Shown piece after piece: positions 56,297-61,012 of a stretch of 61,012 nucleotides of DNA. Origin of the DNA: a virus (taxonomy: Duplodnaviria; Caudoviricetes); IMG/VR virus record IMGVR_UViG_3300031841_002149, positions 1 through 61,012 of that record; one strand, given 5' to 3'. The position numbers and the translations under genes were made by a program. Below the pieces are notes generated by a model. That model was not told the origin of the DNA. It was given only the letters and a program-made list of their open reading frames with translations, and made no database searches. Numbering within the stretch: position 1 is the stretch's first letter; every line of letters starts with the position of its first letter.

Positions 56297-57731
56297 CGGG
56301 CATCACCGGCGCAAACATAGTTCCGACAAGTCCTAACTCCTTGTCGATCATGTGGGCGCACAGACCGGCTCTCGCCATAGTGTAACCATGCCTTGCATGA
56401 TACCTGTCCTCTCCGGCCAAACTCGGCAACTGTATGATCATACAGCCGCCCCGCTCGACCATCTGCTGATGATGCAGGTGTCCGTGGAACCACATATGGT
56501 TCTGCGTCGAACCCCAATCTCTTCTCGCTTCGTGCGCCATCAATGAGTGTAGTTTGTTCATGACCTTGCCATCGCCATGTGTGAACCCGATCAGGTTGTT
56601 TCCGTAGGTGATGTACTGCCTGATGTGCGGGCTGACGATAACCTTCACGTCGTCTGCGCCCTTGTAGTACGCATCGAGGTACATCATGAGCATCAGGGAA
56701 CTGTGCCTGTCGTGGTTGCCGCCCATGAACACGATCTCGACGGGGGCCACAGCCCTCAGACTGTCGATATGCTCCTGTGCCAACTGACAGCCCTGCATGA
56801 GAATCTGCGCCGGACTACCGGCCATGTCCTGTGGTGTGCCTTTCGTGGTCGTGCCGAGGTCGTTGTCAACGTGGAACCAATCGGAACCCGCCGTCACGTA
56901 TATCTTCTCAGGTTGGCTAGGTAGCCTCTCGACCAACTGACTCGTCTTCTCAAGCAGCCTCTCCCTTGCCTCATCGAAGTCATAGGACTCTCCGACCTCC
57001 AACTTCCAGCCCGACTTGCCGTAGTGCAGGTCCGTTGGGGAAATGACCACCGCGTAGTCCCTGTCAGACGACTTCAACTTGAACGGCCTGACTGCCTTCG
57101 CCTTGTGGTCCTTGAGCAACTCCCTGAACTCGTCACCGATAGTCTCCTTGTGATACCTGTATAGGTCAGCCTCCTTCTCGATCTGCCTCCACCGCTTCTG
57201 CTCCGCACGCCTGACGACATCGATCCTGCGTAGGGAAACCATCTCGTCAACCATGTCATCCACGGTTCGCATCTTGATCTCATGGTCCGTGAACGGGTCC
57301 ATCGCGTGCTTCCAATCATGTATGCGTATGTATTCTTGTAGTATCACGATGGGCATATCGAACTCACGGCTCATGTCGTCCACGGTCTGACCACCGCCCG
57401 CGTTGGAGTATGCCCTTCGCATGGCCCTGTGCTTCTCGCCGGTCATTACATACATACCCTCAACGGTGTCCATCATGCAGATGTACCTGTCGTTGGCCTC
57501 GTCGTAGTAGTGCTTCGCTGTAATCAAGGTGTTTTCCTCGTAGTCTTCAGCCGTCAGCCTGAACTCGTTGCCCTTCTTCGTCCAACGCTGTATGGCCTTG
57601 CGCCATGCGTCCGGGCTTCGCCTTGGCTCTATCTCATGTAGGAACCTAGCAAACTGTCTCTCGTTGGCAAACGCTCTATCGTTGGCATATTTCTCGATCA
57701 GGTCAACCCCGCCGGTAAATCGCTCTCCCAT
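56289..57731 (-). CDS. Calcineurin-like metallophosphoesterase with N-terminal helical/HTH extension
   Basis: DLHYG, GSDWFH, GNHD, THGD and GHLH motifs. Confidence 0.85.
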   Translation of the reverse strand: MGERFTGGVDLIEKYANDRAFANERQFARFLHEIEPRRSPDAWRKAIQRWTKKGNEFRLTAEDYEENTLITAKHYYDEANDRYICMMDTVEGMYVMTGEKHRAMRRAYSNAGGGQTVDDMSREFDMPIVILQEYIRIHDWKHAMDPFTDHEIKMRTVDDMVDEMVSLRRIDVVRRAEQKRWRQIEKEADLYRYHKETIGDEFRELLKDHKAKAVRPFKLKSSDRDYAVVISPTDLHYGKSGWKLEVGESYDFDEARERLLEKTSQLVERLPSQPEKIYVTAGSDWFHVDNDLGTTTKGTPQDMAGSPAQILMQGCQLAQEHIDSLRAVAPVEIVFMGGNHDRHSSLMLMMYLDAYYKGADDVKVIVSPHIRQYITYGNNLIGFTHGDGKVMNKLHSLMAHEARRDWGSTQNHMWFHGHLHHQQMVERGGCMIIQLPSLAGEDRYHARHGYTMARAGLCAHMIDKELGLVGTMFAPVMPDE

Positions 57732-57804
57732 GCCGTAAACACGGATTCTGTGCCTTATTAACGTATGGCCCCGATAATTATTTTTGAATCTTTTGCGATT
57801 TTTT

Positions 57805-57969
57805 CAAAAAAAATAAACAGGTGACTGCGCCGATGCGTCGGAATTATTTTATTTTGTTTATAGTATGTTTGGAAAAAAAGGTTAACTAACCTTTAGGTTA
57901 GTGTTCTGCACTAAAGAAGAAATAAAAAAATTAGCAAAATTTAGAGCAGTATTACGGTTATTTCTTTTG
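57805..57969. repeat. AT-rich inverted-repeat element B (origin-like)
   Basis: Arms CAAAAAAAATAAACAGGTGACTGC and GCAGTATTACGGTTATTTCTTTTG. Shares GAAATAAAA(G/A)AATTAGCAAA with element A. Confidence 0.7.
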
Positions 57970-58043
57970 AAAAGGTCCAAAAACAATAAAAATAATTAAA
58001 ATGCACCCCAACCATTAATAAACACCCCCGCTAACATAGCATT

Positions 58044-59435
58044 ATGGCCGAGGGTAGCCGATGGAATGTCTTTCGCGCACGAAGGAAGGAGAACCCCAAC
58101 CCCATGATAGAGAGAATGGGCATGATGGTTGAGCCATTCAACCAAGTGGCGGGTATTCCTGACATCACGCGGGACACGGAGCGAATGAGAAAGGACAGCA
58201 ACTTTGACAACGAGTTTGACTTGTACGACCAAATGCTGAAGACGGACCCGGAGTTGAACGGTGCGGTCAGGGCCGTCAGCCTCACCGCCAACAACTACGA
58301 GATAAACTACTCACGCGGGCGCAACGCAAGCATACGCAACGCCATACGCGAACTCGTTGAAGAGACAATCGACTTCGATGACATCATGATCAACGCCATG
58401 CGCTCGCTCATGGTCTACGGCAACGACATCAACAAGATCGTCGGCAGGGCAGGGGTCGGCATAACCGACATACAATCGCTTCCCGTCAAGCAGATTACCA
58501 TCGTTGACGAGCGAGGTGGCCTTGGCTCCTACTTCGTCGCAGACGAGGACAACCCGATCATCAGGGCAGACAAGTACATGGTGCGCGAGGGTACGATGTA
58601 CGAGCGCGACATTCCCGCCAAAGAGATCATGCACATCAAGATCGACTACCGATCCAATTGGTTCACCGACAACAAGGGCCGCCGAACCTACGGTGTGTGG
58701 GGCGCGTCCCGGTTCACCGCCCTCAAGCAGCCCATACGCATGAAGTACAACAGCATGAACAACCGGATCAGCCTTGAGGACAGCATGACCAAGCAGTTCA
58801 TCACCATCGACAAGTCGGCCATCGAGCATATCCAAGACCCCGCCGAGCAGCAGGACCGACTCAAGCACATCATGGACGAGGTAATCAGTCTGTTTGAGGG
58901 ACTGCGAGGCGATCAGATACCGATCCTCCCCCACTACGTTCAACTGCACCACGTCGATGTCGGCAACTCCGTGCCGAACAACACAGACTTCCTCGACACC
59001 ATCAACGCTGACATCGCCGCCGTTCTACAGGTTCCCCGTGTCGCTGCGGGCCAAGAGCGAGGGTCCACCTTCGCGGCGACCTACAACGCGAACTTGTGGG
59101 CCGTTGGTGCTATCAGCAGGATGCACCGAATACTCGGTGAGGCCGCCACCAAGATGTTCATGATGCACCTAGACCTGCTCGACATCCCGTACCGGAGGCA
59201 GGACCTACCCACGATCAAGTTCGACGCTATGGACTCCGAGACACCGCTCAACATCATGCAGCGTGTCGCCCTCGGATGGAACTCAGGGATCATCACCCTC
59301 AACCAAGCCCTCGATGAGTTGAACCTGCCCACCGTCGGCAAGGACGGCGACATGAGGAAGGACGAGCCATCGAGCGGTGGCGTAGGCGAACTACCGAGAG
59401 AGAACTCACAACCGGGTGCAGCAGATGGCAATTGA
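58044..59435 (+). CDS. Portal protein
   Basis: 463 aa. LYDQM...DP...GAV, LMVYGN, EIMHIK, G.S, I...LQVP and GIITLNQA...LNLP are typical portal motifs. Confidence 0.85.
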   Translation: MAEGSRWNVFRARRKENPNPMIERMGMMVEPFNQVAGIPDITRDTERMRKDSNFDNEFDLYDQMLKTDPELNGAVRAVSLTANNYEINYSRGRNASIRNAIRELVEETIDFDDIMINAMRSLMVYGNDINKIVGRAGVGITDIQSLPVKQITIVDERGGLGSYFVADEDNPIIRADKYMVREGTMYERDIPAKEIMHIKIDYRSNWFTDNKGRRTYGVWGASRFTALKQPIRMKYNSMNNRISLEDSMTKQFITIDKSAIEHIQDPAEQQDRLKHIMDEVISLFEGLRGDQIPILPHYVQLHHVDVGNSVPNNTDFLDTINADIAAVLQVPRVAAGQERGSTFAATYNANLWAVGAISRMHRILGEAATKMFMMHLDLLDIPYRRQDLPTIKFDAMDSETPLNIMQRVALGWNSGIITLNQALDELNLPTVGKDGDMRKDEPSSGGVGELPRENSQPGAADGN

Positions 59436-59973
59436 TCTAGGAACAACGGGGTCGTTCTTCTCCGACCTTCTCTTCTACGGGTTCTACGGATTGGCGTTCA
59501 GCCTAGTCCTTATTTTAATGGGTGAAATGTTAATAAGACGCAAGAATGCTCGTATGGACATGGCGCGTAAACCAAACGGTCCTAACGACAGGCTCATGCT
59601 AGTCTTCGGCCTCGGCGTTGTCCTATCTTGGGTCATAATCGCATCGACGGCCTCCTACTTCAGCATCGTTCAGGAGAGGGAAATCACCGACTCGCAACTC
59701 ACCGTGATCGGTCTTCTCGGCGGTCCCGCACTTCTCATGATAACCTCGGTCCTCGATCTGTTCAAGGGCAAGGAGTCTGCCAAAATCAACATCCTACCTG
59801 ACCAACTCGCATCCGACGTGGCCTCCGCCGACGCTGAGAAGGATCACGTCAGGGCCTTGGAGATGGCTCGGATAACTCACGAACTAGAGATGGAGAAGAT
59901 GCAGAAGTCCCACGAACTCAAGATGGATGAGTACGTCACGACGAGCGGTGGAAAGAGCGGGGGCAAGAAGTGA
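59425..59973 (+). CDS. Multi-pass membrane protein with C-terminal coiled coil
   Basis: Three hydrophobic segments. Start uncertain. Confidence 0.6.
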   Translation: MAIDLGTTGSFFSDLLFYGFYGLAFSLVLILMGEMLIRRKNARMDMARKPNGPNDRLMLVFGLGVVLSWVIIASTASYFSIVQEREITDSQLTVIGLLGGPALLMITSVLDLFKGKESAKINILPDQLASDVASADAEKDHVRALEMARITHELEMEKMQKSHELKMDEYVTTSGGKSGGKK

Positions 59974-60277
59974 ATGACTTCATCTTCTTCGTTGTGTTCT
60001 TTGTGTCCATTTCAATTATGCTCGATATGTGGCTTACTAGGCGAGGACTCTAATTGACCACGCCTCTAATGTTCTGTCTCCTGTGGGTAGGGGTTGGCGT
60101 GCTTCTGTGGGCCAAAGTCCTTGAATATACGAGGCTATTCAATGATCGGTGACTCATGCCTTCTTCTCGTCTTCCTCTTTACCATATCCCTGATGATCAA
60201 TGACCTTGACGATTGGTATCGCTTCATCTTTAAGCGTCGATAACCTTTATCAGACATATGGCTACCATTCTCATATC

Positions 60278-60793
60278 ATGCCTACGCGAAGGTCTGACGA
60301 GAACCGAGCCGCCTTCATCAACAGGTGCATGGCCGACACGAAGATGAACCGTGAGTTCCCTGAGCGTGAGCAGAGGTACGCGGTCTGCCTGAGTTATGCA
60401 GACAAGACCGCAGACGAGCGTTCCACTCCCGCACCTAAGAAAGACAGGATCAAGGGCAGCCCGAAGAACAAGCCCGGTTCTGCGCGTCCCGGCGGTAAGG
60501 TGACATTCAGTGAAAGTGTGACCAATAGCCTAAAGGAAAAAGTAAAAAGCCACAACGAGAAGTCTGACCGCAAGGTGACTCTCAGAATGCTCAAGGCGGT
60601 TTACCGTCGGGGCGCAGGTGCATACTCCACTTCCCACAGGCCCGGTGTCAGCAGGGCCGCTTGGTCGATGGCGAGGGTCAACGCCTTCCTCCGGCTCGTC
60701 AGGTCGGGTAGGCCATCCAACCCCAAATACGTTCAAGACAACGACCTGTTGCCAAGGGGCCACCCACGCAAGGGTAGCGGTAAGAAGGATTAA
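60278..60793 (+). CDS. Basic head-region protein (DUF5824-like C-terminal domain)
   Basis: MP.....E....FI.RCM...FP...QR.AVC N-terminal module; L..VY.RG.GAY..SHRPG.S...W..ARV..F domain. Confidence 0.6.
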   Translation: MPTRRSDENRAAFINRCMADTKMNREFPEREQRYAVCLSYADKTADERSTPAPKKDRIKGSPKNKPGSARPGGKVTFSESVTNSLKEKVKSHNEKSDRKVTLRMLKAVYRRGAGAYSTSHRPGVSRAAWSMARVNAFLRLVRSGRPSNPKYVQDNDLLPRGHPRKGSGKKD

Positions 60794-60819
60794 TAAGACA
60801 CTGTTTTGCTTGAAAGGCC

Positions 60820-61012
60820 ATGTCGTGCGGTTGCGGTTGCGGTGGCGAGAAGGTAGCCTACGAGGATTGGGGTGACATTGATGTTTCTGCCGCCGAGTAT
60901 CGAGGTCGCACTGTCACACTCAATAAGCCGTTCCGCACTCCCGGTGCTAATAAGAAATTCGGAGTATATACTAAAAACGGTAGCGGCAATGTTGTTTTGG
61001 TGAGATTTGGCG
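60820..61012 (+). CDS. Truncated 5' end of a head-region protein (MSCGCGCGG...AEYRGRTVTLNKPFR...KKFGVY...VRFG)
   Basis: Open reading frame running off the end of the window. Confidence 0.6.
   Translation, partial: MSCGCGCGGEKVAYEDWGDIDVSAAEYRGRTVTLNKPFRTPGANKKFGVYTKNGSGNVVLVRFG

Larger units (their letters stand above)
1..61012. mobile_element. Segment of a tailed archaeal dsDNA virus genome (Magrovirus-like)
   Basis: Terminase, portal, tail tube and tape measure occur with archaeal-type replication genes (PolB, AEP primase, RFC, MCM-like, XPF) and a chaperonin. GAGGTGA ribosome sites and TATA promoters are present. No host housekeeping genes seen. Confidence 0.85.

Noticed and set aside
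1-61012. tRNA/rRNA genes, inteins, integrase, major capsid protein
   Set aside because: None recognised by eye. PolB, TerL, RFC and the MCM-like protein are too short to contain inteins. The capsid gene probably lies beyond the right edge. A tRNAscan-SE run would be needed to exclude tRNAs formally.

Overview
This window is most of the genome of a tailed dsDNA archaeal virus, most consistent with a Magrovirus (virus of marine group II Euryarchaeota/Poseidoniales). That assignment is inferred from gene content and GAGGTGA-type ribosome sites, not from a database search. Layout: (i) + strand tail module, 27-25972 (three fibre/spike proteins, putative lysis pair, head-tail connectors, tail tube, frameshifting tail chaperones, tape measure, 2266-aa tail tip); (ii) - strand replication/repair/chaperone module, 25951-43290 (XPF/ERCC4, PriS-PriL fusion primase, Cas4-like nuclease, PolB, clamp-like protein, RecA-like ATPase, GroEL+GroES, OB-fold SSB, RFC, MCM-like helicase, PAC2-like protein); (iii) - strand early/accessory region of small genes, 43290-52363; (iv) a repeat-rich, probably terminal/origin region with four small + genes, 52364-54367; (v) terminase and phosphoesterase (-) divergent from portal and head genes (+). 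The major capsid gene is not in the window. The most striking signal is an array of 15 copies of an imperfect palindrome (consensus nnGCyT-CGC-AAGCGT), each exactly 46-47 nt upstream of an ATG and followed by a TATA box. The palindrome often carries the stop codon of the previous gene, so the region reads as a chain of self-contained promoter-gene cassettes. Also notable: two homologous origin-like inverted-repeat elements 14.5 kb apart, a -1 slippery site, a PolB with altered catalytic motifs, a SAM-lyase-like gene and apparent AGCT/CCWGG avoidance. Several ORF starts are corrected and several ORFs under 60 aa were read by hand.
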